This document shows, piece by piece, positions 26,562-36,184 of a stretch of 64,000 nt of DNA. The translations under genes were made by a program, and so were the position numbers. The stretch covers positions 21,201 to 85,200 of the forward strand of contig CALVJR010000003.1 in NCBI GenBank assembly GCA_944332295.1, written 5' to 3'. Origin of the DNA: an uncultured Bacilli bacterium. GTDB lineage: Bacteria; Bacillota_I; Bacilli_A; RF39; UBA660. The number at the start of each line of letters is the position of its first letter. Positions within the stretch are counted from its first letter, which is position 1. The notes below the pieces were generated by a model. The model searched no databases. It saw only the letters and a list, made by a program, of their open reading frames with translations, and was not told where the DNA came from.

Positions 26562-26968
26562 AATTATTAAAACATGCGCTTGTTCTAATTTTGCTGTTAC
26601 TACCAATTTTTATTTTTAAAATACCTAATTATGTTGAGTTAAATGATTTGGCTATTATTCAAGGACTTGGTTACTCTTGTGAAGGTGGTCAGAGGACGCT
26701 ATATCTTAAAGAAATTATACCTATTAAAGGTGATGCTGGCCTAGAATATCAATATGAATATTATAAAAAACAAGGAAAAAGTTTTCCTACGTTAATACGA
26801 AAAATAGAAGAGAATACTAAAAAGAAAATTTACTTATCTAAAGTAAAATTTCTTGTTACTAATTGTGATATATCTAAAGATGTATTAGAAAAATTAAAAA
26901 AAGAAGATATTAAAATCTATCATGTAGAATCTAATATTGAAAAGAAATTAAAAAGGAAGAGTTCTTAG
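26558..26968 (+). CDS. Short GerxC-N-terminal-like protein
   Basis: 136 aa. Signal/TM segment then VELNDLAIIQGLGY, resembling the start of germinant-receptor C subunits but about 250 aa shorter. ATGA overlap with the A subunit. Confidence 0.4.
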   Translation: MKLLKHALVLILLLLPIFIFKIPNYVELNDLAIIQGLGYSCEGGQRTLYLKEIIPIKGDAGLEYQYEYYKKQGKSFPTLIRKIEENTKKKIYLSKVKFLVTNCDISKDVLEKLKKEDIKIYHVESNIEKKLKRKSS

Positions 26969-27288
26969 TCTTCTTTTTTTAAGTTTTTATATTTTCTACC
27001 AAAATATATCATTGTAAGTCCTGGTAATAGTGGCATTATAATCCATATTATAATTAAAGATTTATTGTTTATATTTGCTGCTTTTAAAGTAAATAATTCA
27101 TAGAAAGATAAACATAAAGAATATGTAAAGTATAAGATAAATAATATATATGTTAATTGAAATAATGTTTTTTTACTTCCTTTTTTAGAAATTTTAAAAA
27201 ACATTATTACTATACAAAAGATAATAGTAATTGGTAATAATACAAACCATAAAATATTTTCATATAACTCTATTGTTCCTAAATTCAT
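26965..27288 (-). CDS. Small membrane protein
   Basis: 107 aa with three hydrophobic helices. Confidence 0.5.
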   Translation of the reverse strand: MNLGTIELYENILWFVLLPITIIFCIVIMFFKISKKGSKKTLFQLTYILFILYFTYSLCLSFYELFTLKAANINNKSLIIIWIIMPLLPGLTMIYFGRKYKNLKKED

Positions 27289-27297
27289 AGTTTGCTC

Positions 27298-27861
27298 CTA
27301 TTCGATTTTTATTTGAAGAAATTTAGCTAATGCTAAGGCTTGTGTTTCGTTTACGATTAATCCTTTCATACTTGGAATATCAATTTTTATATGATTAATA
27401 TTACAAGTTCTGATATCTATTCCTTCTAGATTTGTTTCAAAAACATCGAGAGAGTCTAAATTACAGTTATTAAGCTGTAATTTTTTCTGTTTTATCTTAT
27501 ATAAAGAAGATTCTTTTAAATTACAATTTGTAAATGTTACTTTTTCCATGGATGCATTAGAAAATGTAGAATAAGATAAGTTGCAATCTTTAAATTCTAT
27601 TTCTTTTAGAAAGGCATTTGAAAAATTAGTTCCTATAAAATTACAGTTTGTAAATACTACTTTATAAAATGTTTGTTCACTTAAGTTTATATTAGAGAAT
27701 ATACAATTATTCATATTGCTGTTAGTGATTTCTAAATAATCAAATTTTGATGCTTTCCAATTAATTTTATTACAGGTACTATTCGTTATTTCTAATTCTT
27801 CAAAATGGTTGTTTATTTCTTGATTTTCTATTTTGGTATTCGAAATTTTATCTTCTATCAT
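27298..27861 (-). CDS. Pentapeptide-repeat protein
   Basis: Repeated A(D/N)LxF-type pentads (NLSEQTFYKVVFTNCNFIGTNFSNAFLKEIEFKDCNLSYSTFSNASMEKVTFTNCNLKES). Confidence 0.8.
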   Translation of the reverse strand: MIEDKISNTKIENQEINNHFEELEITNSTCNKINWKASKFDYLEITNSNMNNCIFSNINLSEQTFYKVVFTNCNFIGTNFSNAFLKEIEFKDCNLSYSTFSNASMEKVTFTNCNLKESSLYKIKQKKLQLNNCNLDSLDVFETNLEGIDIRTCNINHIKIDIPSMKGLIVNETQALALAKFLQIKIE

Positions 27862-27862
27862 T

Positions 27863-28447
27863 TTATCTACCTTCTACTTCTATTCCTTTTTCTAATGTTT
27901 TTTTCTTTTTACCATTTATATAAGCATTTTTAAAGGTGATAGGAATACCTTTATCATAATCTGTATCCATTCCTAATTGGATTTGAAAATGAATGTGTGG
28001 TCCTTGTGTGTTTCCACTGTTTCCTACTTTTCCTAGTAATTGTCCTTCTTTTACTACTTCTCCTAGTTGGACTTCAAATGTATCTTTTTCTATGTGGCAG
28101 ATTGTACTATATTCTCCATGTTTATGTTTTAATATGATATAGTTACCTCTAGGGTCTTCACAATCATTCAGTATTTTCCTATCTTCTGTGATATGAGTGT
28201 TATGATATTTATTTACTAAATCTACTACCCAGCCATCTGCTGGTGCATAAATATTTTCTAGATAAGAATAATAATTTTCACATTTTGTTTGATCATCATG
28301 ATATGGTAAGTTGTTCTTTCTGATTTCAAAATCATAAGCATATCTTTGTCCTGGAATATCCCAGGAATGAGAATTTTCTTTTGTGGTGCCTCCATATTCT
28401 ATATACCAAGTTCCTAGAAATGGTAAGCGATACTTATTTTTACTCAT
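27863..28447 (-). CDS. M23 (LytM-type) metallopeptidase-domain protein
   Basis: HxxxD-like region plus GNSGNTQGPHIHFQI (M23 HxH motif). No signal peptide is evident. Confidence 0.75.
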   Translation of the reverse strand: MSKNKYRLPFLGTWYIEYGGTTKENSHSWDIPGQRYAYDFEIRKNNLPYHDDQTKCENYYSYLENIYAPADGWVVDLVNKYHNTHITEDRKILNDCEDPRGNYIILKHKHGEYSTICHIEKDTFEVQLGEVVKEGQLLGKVGNSGNTQGPHIHFQIQLGMDTDYDKGIPITFKNAYINGKKKKTLEKGIEVEGR

Positions 28448-28673
28448 GACGCTTTAGCCTTTCCATTTTCTCACGTAGTGATAATCTTCTTTCTTGTTCT
28501 TTTTTTTGCTCTAATACCGGAATGTTATCTTTTAGAGAAAACATTAATCCTTCATAAATTGGAAACGAAAAATTATCTTTTGTTAAAGTTAATTTCTCTT
28601 TTGTTTCCATATTTTCTGCTAGTACGATATTTTCTTCTATTTTATCTATTGCATACATATTATCACTATCCAT
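28440..28673 (-). CDS. DUF3006-like small protein
   Basis: 77 aa. The YAIDKIEENIVLAE start is typical of DUF3006, a family I recall as commonly adjacent to ComEC-type MBL genes. Confidence 0.55.
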   Translation of the reverse strand: MDSDNMYAIDKIEENIVLAENMETKEKLTLTKDNFSFPIYEGLMFSLKDNIPVLEQKKEQERRLSLREKMERLKRHE

Positions 28674-29571
28674 TCGTATCGGTATTCATTGTATTTATTT
28701 CTATATTTACTCCGTCTGTAATCATTTGTATGGTACCATCTTCATCTGTTCTATAAGTTGTAATATTATGACTTGCTAGAGTATTTAGTACTGTTGTATG
28801 AGGATGTTCATATTGGTTATTCTTACCTACAGAAATTACTGCATATTTTGGATTTACTAACCCTAAAAATTCTTCATTTGTTGCGGTAGACGAACCGTGA
28901 TGACCTACTTTTAGGACTGTACTTTCTAAGTCTTTTCTATCTAGACTATCTTCTACTTTGGTTGAGGCGTCTCCTGTTAATAAGAAGCTTACATTCTGAT
29001 AAGTTACTTTTAATACAATCGATGTATCGTTTAAATCTTTTTCATCTTCTGTTCCAACATATAATACTTTTACAGTTACATCACCTAAATTAAATGTGTC
29101 GTTTTTGTTAGGAATACTTAAAGCAACGTTTTTACTTTCTAGGGCATCTAGTACTTCTTCAAATGTTTTGGTTGTAGTTATTACATCGGGCATATAAAAG
29201 GTTTTAATATTAAAGTTTTTAATGATATCATCTAGACCACCAATATGATCTTCATGCGGATGGGTTCCTACTACATAACTAAAGTCAGCAATTCCTAATC
29301 CTTTTAGATAAGTTACTAATTTAGGACCATCTTCATTGTTTCCAGCATCTACTAACATATATTGACCTTCATTTTCTAATAGAATAGAATCTGCCTGTCC
29401 TACGTCAATAAATGTTACTTCTAATCTATCTTCTGCTGTTACTGGTACTTCTTCTACTCTTTGATTTGTATTTTGGCCTTTTTCTTCAATGGGATATCCT
29501 TCAAATAAATAAAATATACCAGCAATTATAATTACTAGTAATGATGTGATTAATTTTTTCTTATTTTTCAT
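28666..29571 (-). CDS. Secreted/anchored MBL-fold hydrolase (ComEC C-terminal-domain-like)
   Basis: Signal anchor. DVGQADSILLE, THPHEDHIGG and VGHHGS metallo-beta-lactamase motifs. Confidence 0.8.
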   Translation of the reverse strand: MKNKKKLITSLLVIIIAGIFYLFEGYPIEEKGQNTNQRVEEVPVTAEDRLEVTFIDVGQADSILLENEGQYMLVDAGNNEDGPKLVTYLKGLGIADFSYVVGTHPHEDHIGGLDDIIKNFNIKTFYMPDVITTTKTFEEVLDALESKNVALSIPNKNDTFNLGDVTVKVLYVGTEDEKDLNDTSIVLKVTYQNVSFLLTGDASTKVEDSLDRKDLESTVLKVGHHGSSTATNEEFLGLVNPKYAVISVGKNNQYEHPHTTVLNTLASHNITTYRTDEDGTIQMITDGVNIEINTMNTDTNG

Positions 29572-29645
29572 ACTCTTACCTCTATTCTACTTTAATCATA
29601 TCATATTTTTTCATTTATATGAAAAATCTTTCTTATATTTTTCTG

Positions 29646-30308
29646 TTAATTTCTTTTTTTAGTTTGTACTTTTTGTATAGTGTCTTTTTTCTTTCTTTTT
29701 GTTCTGATTTTCTTTCCATTTTCATCTCTTCCTTTTATAGGAGGAGATGGCTCTTTTAAAGATTCTAGATAAGTTTTTATTTCTTGTAAATCTTCTCTTG
29801 TATAAGGAAAACTAGGATCTTCTATTGGAATATAGCTTCCTCCCTTAATGTCATAAATTGGCTCGGTCAAATCGCCTTTTAATTCATTAAAATGTCCCTG
29901 TCTTCTTTTTAGCATAAATTGATACATTGTTTGATTGTTATTATTTAATTCTTTTACTTTATTTCTAATCGAATAATTTATATTACTAATTTCTTTGGTA
30001 TCTGTTATTTCTTCTTCTGTATATGAAAAAGAGTCTATCTTACCATAATTTATTAATTCTTCATCTAACATGGCATATGCTATATCTTCATCTCTATTTT
30101 TCACAAAACCATAATGCTCGAATATACTTTCATCTGTGTCAGTTAATATACATAGTCGTAGGGCAATATAAAAATCATAATAACCCTGTAATAGTCCTGG
30201 TTTATCTACTATGAAACCTTCGGTATAAAAATCTTTTCTGACTCTCATTAGTAAAGTGGTGTTTTCTTCATCATTTAATGTTATTTTATAATATCTATTT
30301 TTTAACAT
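29646..30308 (-). CDS. Hypothetical protein
   Basis: 220 aa counted from ATG 30308 (SD AAGGAG). Lys-rich C-terminus. No motif recognised. Confidence 0.5.
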   Translation of the reverse strand: MLKNRYYKITLNDEENTTLLMRVRKDFYTEGFIVDKPGLLQGYYDFYIALRLCILTDTDESIFEHYGFVKNRDEDIAYAMLDEELINYGKIDSFSYTEEEITDTKEISNINYSIRNKVKELNNNNQTMYQFMLKRRQGHFNELKGDLTEPIYDIKGGSYIPIEDPSFPYTREDLQEIKTYLESLKEPSPPIKGRDENGKKIRTKRKKKDTIQKVQTKKRN

Positions 30309-30339
30309 ATTTTCTCCTTGTTTTTTATTATTTAATTTC

Positions 30340-30368
30340 ACTATATAATATCTTGTTTTTAGTGTCAA
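30340..30368 (-). promoter_or_regulatory. Sigma-A-type promoter (TTGACA-17-TATAGT)
   Basis: On the minus strand: TTGACA at 30368..30363, a 17-nt spacer, and TATAGT at 30345..30340. This explains the apparent TTG-started N-terminal extension in the track. Confidence 0.5.
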
Positions 30369-30407
30369 TATAGTGAAAAAGACTCTATCATTTTTTGTTA
30401 GAGTCTT

Positions 30408-30920
30408 TTACTGTTTATTTGCTGATTTATTTTTTTGAATTCTTTTTATAATATATTGATTTCTTTTGTTTTCTTTTTCATAGATATCATTTTTTACTTT
30501 CATATTACGTTCTTTAAATGGTTGGTACATCCATTCTATACTTCCTTCGTGATATTCCCAGATAGGTCTTTTTGCTTCTTGACTTTTTATGGGTTGGTAC
30601 TTTCCGTATCCTTCTTCATCAATTAGTGTATATAATGCAACGATACCATCTGAATCTATTTTTCTTATTACATCTGTTCTTTCTGCTAGATAATTCATAT
30701 AATCTAATACATAAAAATTATCTAATGGAAGATTATTTTCCAAACAGTAGTTTTCTAATTTGTCTATGGAGTCGAAAAATAAGTTATCTATTCCATATAA
30801 TCTCATTTTTAATGTCCTATCATCTATTAAGGGATCTATTTTCTTTGTTCTTTCCGCTTGTAATTTTGCAAGGCATTTACTAGCCGTTTGAATTACATCT
30901 TGTAAGTTTTGTATTGTCAT
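30408..30920 (-). CDS. Hypothetical protein
   Basis: 170-aa ORF lying 21 nt downstream of the 418-aa ORF. No motif recognised. Confidence 0.5.
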   Translation of the reverse strand: MTIQNLQDVIQTASKCLAKLQAERTKKIDPLIDDRTLKMRLYGIDNLFFDSIDKLENYCLENNLPLDNFYVLDYMNYLAERTDVIRKIDSDGIVALYTLIDEEGYGKYQPIKSQEAKRPIWEYHEGSIEWMYQPFKERNMKVKNDIYEKENKRNQYIIKRIQKNKSANKQ

Positions 30921-30941
30921 AATTATCCTTCCTTTAAACTA

Positions 30942-32198
30942 TTAGTTTTTCTTTTTACTTAATGTTTTTGTATAACCTTTTTTTGCCATATTATTAGTAG
31001 TGATTGTTTCTGCAAGGTTGGTTGCTGATGCAACATCTATTGCCATTAATGATTGCATGTTAGAATCTACTGTTATTTCTTCACTGCTAAGTACTTTTAT
31101 TGTTCCATTTGTGATATTATATACGGTTCTTTGAGTTATACAATTATATAAAAATTTATTTATAGTGAGGATTTCTCCTTGATAAATATTATATTCGTGT
31201 TTCATTTGTAGTGCACTACCATCACCATGATCATACTCTATTGCATATGATATTCCTTCTGGTGTTTTTATAGTTTGTACTGTTCTTATATAGTATTGAG
31301 TATCCTTTTCTTTTGGATTACTAAATTTTATGATACTTTTTTTGTTTGATGCATCATAATCTGCTTCTATCACTACATCTTCTAAGTTGTCTTTTCTTTC
31401 CTTTAATTGAATTTCTTCATTCATATACGGATTTATTGCTTTATCAAAATCGTTTAACGCTTCTCTTAGTTTTTGGAACTCTGGATTATATCCTTCTACA
31501 ATATCACTAGCTGTAGCCTGATTTATTTGAAGTCTATTTAGCCAGTCTTCCGTTGATTGCTCTGGATGTATTTTTTCTAGAATATTTTTGGTTACTTCTT
31601 CTAAAATTTCTTTCTTTTTTTGCTCTTTTACTTCTGCGTTTTCATTTGAATTTTCTGCAAATATGTCTGTAAAAGAAATAATTTTATTTGTAGCTAATCC
31701 TTTTTTTCTTTTTTCTTTAGATATATACTCTTCTAATTCTGTTAATAGAGCAATTAATCCTTCTTTAGTTTCTATTAAATATTTTTTTATATATTTATTT
31801 TTGTCTGGTCGTTGATGGAGTTTTTCTAATGCTCGTTCTTTGTTTTTTGATAGTATTTCTGGTCCTTGCATTTGGTAGTTGCGCATTTCTTTTTCATAAA
31901 CTTCATCGATAGCATAATCTATTGGATTTGGATTAAGCTTTTCTGGATATGTGGTTTGGACAATTTTAATTCCGTATAATGGATTAGAATATTTTTCGTA
32001 CATTACTTTCGCCACTTCTAAGGGTATTTTTCCATTAATTTCCGCATATTGTGTTTTAGTAACTGTTTTGTTGCAGCTGATTGCTACTGGTCCTAGATAA
32101 TAGACGGGCTTTTTTCCTTGTGTCTTTACTGTTTTTAATAATGTAGGATTTTGTTTTATTATTGTTTTCATTACTTCTTCAAATTCTAAGTTTGTCAT
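30942..32198 (-). CDS. Hypothetical protein
   Basis: 418-aa ORF with SD GGAGGA upstream. No motif recognised. Confidence 0.5.
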   Translation of the reverse strand: MTNLEFEEVMKTIIKQNPTLLKTVKTQGKKPVYYLGPVAISCNKTVTKTQYAEINGKIPLEVAKVMYEKYSNPLYGIKIVQTTYPEKLNPNPIDYAIDEVYEKEMRNYQMQGPEILSKNKERALEKLHQRPDKNKYIKKYLIETKEGLIALLTELEEYISKEKRKKGLATNKIISFTDIFAENSNENAEVKEQKKKEILEEVTKNILEKIHPEQSTEDWLNRLQINQATASDIVEGYNPEFQKLREALNDFDKAINPYMNEEIQLKERKDNLEDVVIEADYDASNKKSIIKFSNPKEKDTQYYIRTVQTIKTPEGISYAIEYDHGDGSALQMKHEYNIYQGEILTINKFLYNCITQRTVYNITNGTIKVLSSEEITVDSNMQSLMAIDVASATNLAETITTNNMAKKGYTKTLSKKKN

Positions 32199-32282
32199 AT
32201 GCTGTTCCTCCTTTTAGGTATTAATATATCTTTATTTTATGGTAGAAGTACTAAATAATTTAAACATATCGTATAAAATCAG

Positions 32283-32307
32283 AAAACCCTTGTATATCAA
32301 GGGTTTT
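32283..32307 (-). terminator. Hairpin terminator downstream of tRNA-Arg
   Basis: AAAACCCTT-GTATATC-AAGGGTTTT, a perfect 9-bp stem with T-rich flanks. Confidence 0.5.
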
Positions 32308-32315
32308 GTTTTCTA

Positions 32316-32392
32316 TGGTGTCCCCGGGCAGATTTGAACTGCCGACCTATCGCTTAGGAGGCGATTGCTCTATCCTACTGAGCTACGGAGAC
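32316..32392 (-). tRNA. tRNA-Arg (anticodon CCT)
   Basis: Folded by hand. Acceptor GTCTCCG/CGGGGAC, D arm GCTC..GAGC, anticodon stem ATCGC/GCGAT with loop CTCCTAA, T arm GGCAG-TTCAAAT-CTGCC, and an encoded CCA. Confidence 0.9.
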
Positions 32393-32416
32393 ATAAAGTT
32401 TTAACATGTGTTAAAA

Positions 32417-32779
32417 CTATTTTATTATTTTTTTACATGATTTATTATTTCCCTGCTTTTCTGTGATTGCCTCTTGTTGTTCCCTGATAGGACTTATTTC
32501 AAAATATTCTTCTATATAGTCAGTTACAAAGCTAGGGTCTGCTTCATTTTGCTTTGTTAAATCTTTTTTAAACACCGCTAATGCTTGACCATCTTGTTTT
32601 AGTTTATCTTCGTTTATACCTGATATATTTCCTTCATAATCTTCTGTAATTTGTGCATATGGGAAATTACTAACGGCATCTGTTACAGGGCCAAATCGTT
32701 TTTTGCTCACTACTCCGTCTGCTAGATATTCTATACTATGATCTTGTTTTACACTATACACTTTTGCTCTATATAACAT
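32417..32779 (-). CDS. Hypothetical protein
   Basis: 120-aa ORF lying 2 nt after the lipoprotein gene stop. Confidence 0.5.
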   Translation of the reverse strand: MLYRAKVYSVKQDHSIEYLADGVVSKKRFGPVTDAVSNFPYAQITEDYEGNISGINEDKLKQDGQALAVFKKDLTKQNEADPSFVTDYIEEYFEISPIREQQEAITEKQGNNKSCKKIIK

Positions 32780-32781
32780 TC

Positions 32782-33249
32782 TTAGCCCTCCTTTTTACAA
32801 TTGCATCCATTTTGTTTGTATAATTTTTCTAAGTCATCAATTGGGACTTTGCCATTTTTTATTAAACTAGCATTGTCACTATCTACTTCAATTAATTTTT
32901 CTGTGTCTACTTTATCATACTGTATCGTGGTTGTACTAGTTAACGTATCCTCTTTAATCTTGATAGCATTATTATAATATTTAATTCCTTGGTATCCTGA
33001 ATATAGTTCTTCTATTTTCTCTTGGTAAGTTTTTAAGTTATCTTTATCTTCTGATATGATTTTTTCTACTGTTTTTAATTTTGTTACAATATTATTTTTG
33101 TATGTAGCTTTATAGATGGAACGTATGGTAATTCCATCTATTGGATATGTTGTCATTGTGCAAGTCATTGTTCCTGTTTCCGGAGCACAACCTGTGGTTA
33201 GACCTATTACTGAAATTAAAAGTATTAATAGTGTTATTTTTTTCTTCAT
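32782..33249 (-). CDS. Lipoprotein (YehR/DUF1307-like by eye)
   Basis: Lipobox LTTGC after a signal peptide. 155 aa. Confidence 0.65.
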   Translation of the reverse strand: MKKKITLLILLISVIGLTTGCAPETGTMTCTMTTYPIDGITIRSIYKATYKNNIVTKLKTVEKIISEDKDNLKTYQEKIEELYSGYQGIKYYNNAIKIKEDTLTSTTTIQYDKVDTEKLIEVDSDNASLIKNGKVPIDDLEKLYKQNGCNCKKEG

Positions 33250-33250
33250 A

Positions 33251-34903
33251 TTATACTTCCTGAATAACCGTAATAATCATTGGTTTGGACTCTGTTTCTT
33301 GGTAGAAAAACTTTCCTAAATAATCTCTTACTTCATTCTTTATTTTTGCATAATCTACACGCTTTGTATTCTTCTCGATATTAGCTTCTATTGTTTCTTT
33401 AGCAATCTCTTTGGTTTGTTCTAGCAAATCTTGACTTTCTTTTACATAGACGAAACCTCTGGTTAATATTTCTGGACCACCTAATATTTCTTTTGTTTGC
33501 TTATCTAAGGTACAACTAATAATTACAATACCATTTTCTCCTAGCATTTCACGATCCTTTAATACTAAGTTACCAATGTCTCCCTGACTCTTTCCGTCGA
33601 TTAAAATTTGATCTACTTCTACATGTTCTTTTTTATCAACTAATTTTCCTTTAATGAACTCTACTACATCGCCATTTTCTTTTAGGATTATATTTTCTTT
33701 TGGCATTCCTAATTCTTCTGCCACTTCAGCATTTGCATATTGGTTTCTATATTCCCCTTTTACCGGAAAATAGTATTTAGGATTCATTAAATTAATCATC
33801 ATCATTAAATCTTCGCGAGAAGCATGATGTAATAGATGTTTCTTGCTAGATAGACTTACTGCATTTGCTCCAAGCATCGCAATTTCATCCATAATTAAGG
33901 CAGAACGTTTTTCTATTCCAGGATATGCTGGTTCTGTAATAAAGATAGTATCTGTTTCTTTTATCTTAATATATTTATCATATCCTTTAATGATTCTTTC
34001 TAAATTATTAAAAGGTTTTTCTTTTTCATCTGATATTAAAACAATAGTGTCTTTATTTTCTAAATCAGAAAGTGTACCTATTTTATTTTTATCTACTGTT
34101 AAATATCCTTCTTCGATTGCTTTATTTATCATATCTTGTAAACCTTTTCCCATGATAACCATTTTTCTATGTGTTTTTGATACTTCGTTAAAGATTTCTT
34201 GGATACGATAAAAATGTGCTGGGAAAATTGTTGCGATTATTCTATTGGGATTTTTCACTAATACTTCACGAATAAAACCTGCTACTCTATTATGAGGAGA
34301 AGTATGTCCTACTTTATCTGCATAAAACGACTCTGATAATAAGCATAGCACACCTTGCTTTCCAACATAGGCAAGTTTTCCAATATCTGTTTTATAAGAA
34401 CCTGTCATGGTAGCATCAAATACAAAGTCTCCTGTATAGACGATAGCTCCATCTTGCGTGTATAGTACAAAACATACTGCATCTGGGATAGAATGGGTTA
34501 CACTAATTGGGAAAATATAATTTTTTCCAAAACTTAATTTAGTATGTGGTTTAAACTCTCTTAAATTTGCTTTTTTTAATTGCTCTGGCTCTAAATCATT
34601 TCTTACCATTTCTAATGTTAATTTAGTACCATATACTGGAACCGTTGGTAATTGTTCTAATATATCAGGGATTGCTCCCATGTTACTTTCATGACCATGT
34701 GTCAAGAATATTCCTTTAATATTTTTTTTATTTTTTATTAAATAATCAAAATTTGGAATAATATAATCTATTCCTAATTTAATATCATTATCATACTTTA
34801 GTCCGGCATCAAATACAAAAATATCTTTATCTACATTTACTATATACATATTTTTGCCATTTTCATTCAGTCCACCTAAAGCAAAAATTTTTATTTTACT
34901 CAT
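33251..34903 (-). CDS. rnj: Ribonuclease J
   Basis: 550 aa. Beta-CASP MBL motifs (LTHGHESNMGAIP, GDFVFD) and an RNase J-typical N-terminus KIFALGGLNENGKNMY. Confidence 0.95.
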   Translation of the reverse strand: MSKIKIFALGGLNENGKNMYIVNVDKDIFVFDAGLKYDNDIKLGIDYIIPNFDYLIKNKKNIKGIFLTHGHESNMGAIPDILEQLPTVPVYGTKLTLEMVRNDLEPEQLKKANLREFKPHTKLSFGKNYIFPISVTHSIPDAVCFVLYTQDGAIVYTGDFVFDATMTGSYKTDIGKLAYVGKQGVLCLLSESFYADKVGHTSPHNRVAGFIREVLVKNPNRIIATIFPAHFYRIQEIFNEVSKTHRKMVIMGKGLQDMINKAIEEGYLTVDKNKIGTLSDLENKDTIVLISDEKEKPFNNLERIIKGYDKYIKIKETDTIFITEPAYPGIEKRSALIMDEIAMLGANAVSLSSKKHLLHHASREDLMMMINLMNPKYYFPVKGEYRNQYANAEVAEELGMPKENIILKENGDVVEFIKGKLVDKKEHVEVDQILIDGKSQGDIGNLVLKDREMLGENGIVIISCTLDKQTKEILGGPEILTRGFVYVKESQDLLEQTKEIAKETIEANIEKNTKRVDYAKIKNEVRDYLGKFFYQETESKPMIITVIQEV

Positions 34904-35354
34904 GTTTGTCTCCTTTCATTTTTAAAACTTTTTGATAATTTTTTTCTGATTTTTCTGTATCTTTTTTACTACTTTCTATTAAATAAGTGTAAATATCACT
35001 CATAGAACTTTCTGGCTTTAAATTAAATTCTGAAGCAACAATTGCTTTTATTAAATCTCTTGTTTCTTCTTTTGCGTTTTTTAATAAAATAAATACTTCT
35101 GTCAAATTCCTATTTATTTCTAAAATAGTTAAATTTTCGATTAGTAATGGTATTGCGGAGGGTTCTATTGTTGATAATTCATACATTTCATATGCCATAT
35201 CGTGTAGTTTTTTTTGATTTCTAATTATTCTTTCTACGGTTGTATCCTCTGCTATTAATTTTAAATTTTTTTGACTTGTAATTATTAAGTTTTTTCTATC
35301 TTCTTCCATTAGTGATACTAATTCATCTAAAGGAATGTTATTTTTTTCTTTCAT
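34896..35354 (-). CDS. Hypothetical helical protein
   Basis: 152 aa. It overlaps the rnj start by 8 nt, suggesting it is cotranscribed. Confidence 0.5.
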   Translation of the reverse strand: MKEKNNIPLDELVSLMEEDRKNLIITSQKNLKLIAEDTTVERIIRNQKKLHDMAYEMYELSTIEPSAIPLLIENLTILEINRNLTEVFILLKNAKEETRDLIKAIVASEFNLKPESSMSDIYTYLIESSKKDTEKSEKNYQKVLKMKGDKHE

Positions 35355-35407
35355 AAAATCCCTTTTGGCAACATTCTTATTATATCATATTTTTTTTGAT
35401 TTACAAA

Positions 35408-36073
35408 TTAAATTGCAAGTTTACTTAATGCTACTTTCGCAGCTTCTTGCTCTGCTTCTTTTTTGGAACCAGATACCCCTTCTCCATAAATTATATCATC
35501 TATTTTTACTTGTACTGTAAAGGATTTATTATGTGCAGGGCCTTCTTCTTTAATTAACTCATATTGTAGGCTTTGCTGTGTTGTTTGTACATATTCTTGT
35601 AAAGCACTTTTATAGTCACTAAAAAATGTAATATTAGGATTTTCGATATATGGTACGATAATATTTAAGACTGTTTTTCTTGCTGTTGCATATCCTAAAT
35701 CTAAATAGATTGCACCAATTAATGCTTCGAATATATCTGCAACTATTGCTTTTTTAAATTTTCCGCCTTCTTTTTCTTCTCCATGACCGACCTTAATATA
35801 TTGATTTAACCCTAGGGACATCGAATATTCATATAGTGCGTTTTCACAAACATAACTTGCTCTTACTTTTGTCATTTCTCCTTCTGTTTCTTTTTTGTTG
35901 GAATATAGATAATCAGCTACTACTAAATCTAGGACAGCATCTCCTAAAAATTCCAATCTTTCATAGTCTTGTTTTGCTTTATGTTCATTTGCATAAGAAC
36001 TGTGTGAAAAAGCAGTTAAGTATAATTTTTCATTCTTTGGAGTAATTTTTATCTTTTTAAATAATTCGTCCAT
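35408..36073 (-). CDS. rnc: Ribonuclease III
   Basis: Signature ERLEFLGDAVL and a C-terminal dsRBD (GPAHNKSFTVQV...GSGSKKEAEQEAA). Confidence 0.95.
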   Translation of the reverse strand: MDELFKKIKITPKNEKLYLTAFSHSSYANEHKAKQDYERLEFLGDAVLDLVVADYLYSNKKETEGEMTKVRASYVCENALYEYSMSLGLNQYIKVGHGEEKEGGKFKKAIVADIFEALIGAIYLDLGYATARKTVLNIIVPYIENPNITFFSDYKSALQEYVQTTQQSLQYELIKEEGPAHNKSFTVQVKIDDIIYGEGVSGSKKEAEQEAAKVALSKLAI

Positions 36074-36184
36074 ATAATCACCATATCTAGTATAACAAAA
36101 AACAAGAAATTAGTATACTTATAATTGCTATTTTATTTGGATTATAGTAAAATGAAATAGTAATATTATAACAGAGGGATTTCC

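Noticed and set aside
29600-29625. The palindrome ATTTTTTCA-TTTAT-ATGAAAAAT downstream of 29646..30308, considered as a terminator.
   Set aside because: The stem is entirely A/T and is not followed by a T-run on the minus strand, so its stability is too low to call.
30309-30368. A TTG-initiated N-terminal extension of ORF 29646..30368. Its first 12 codons resemble the codons after the internal Met (TLKTRYYIVKLNN versus MLKNRYYKITLND).
   Set aside because: The extension coincides with a consensus TTGACA-17-TATAGT promoter, and the internal ATG at 30308 has a good SD. The similarity, about 29 of 36 nt, is noted but could be AT-rich chance or an old micro-duplication.
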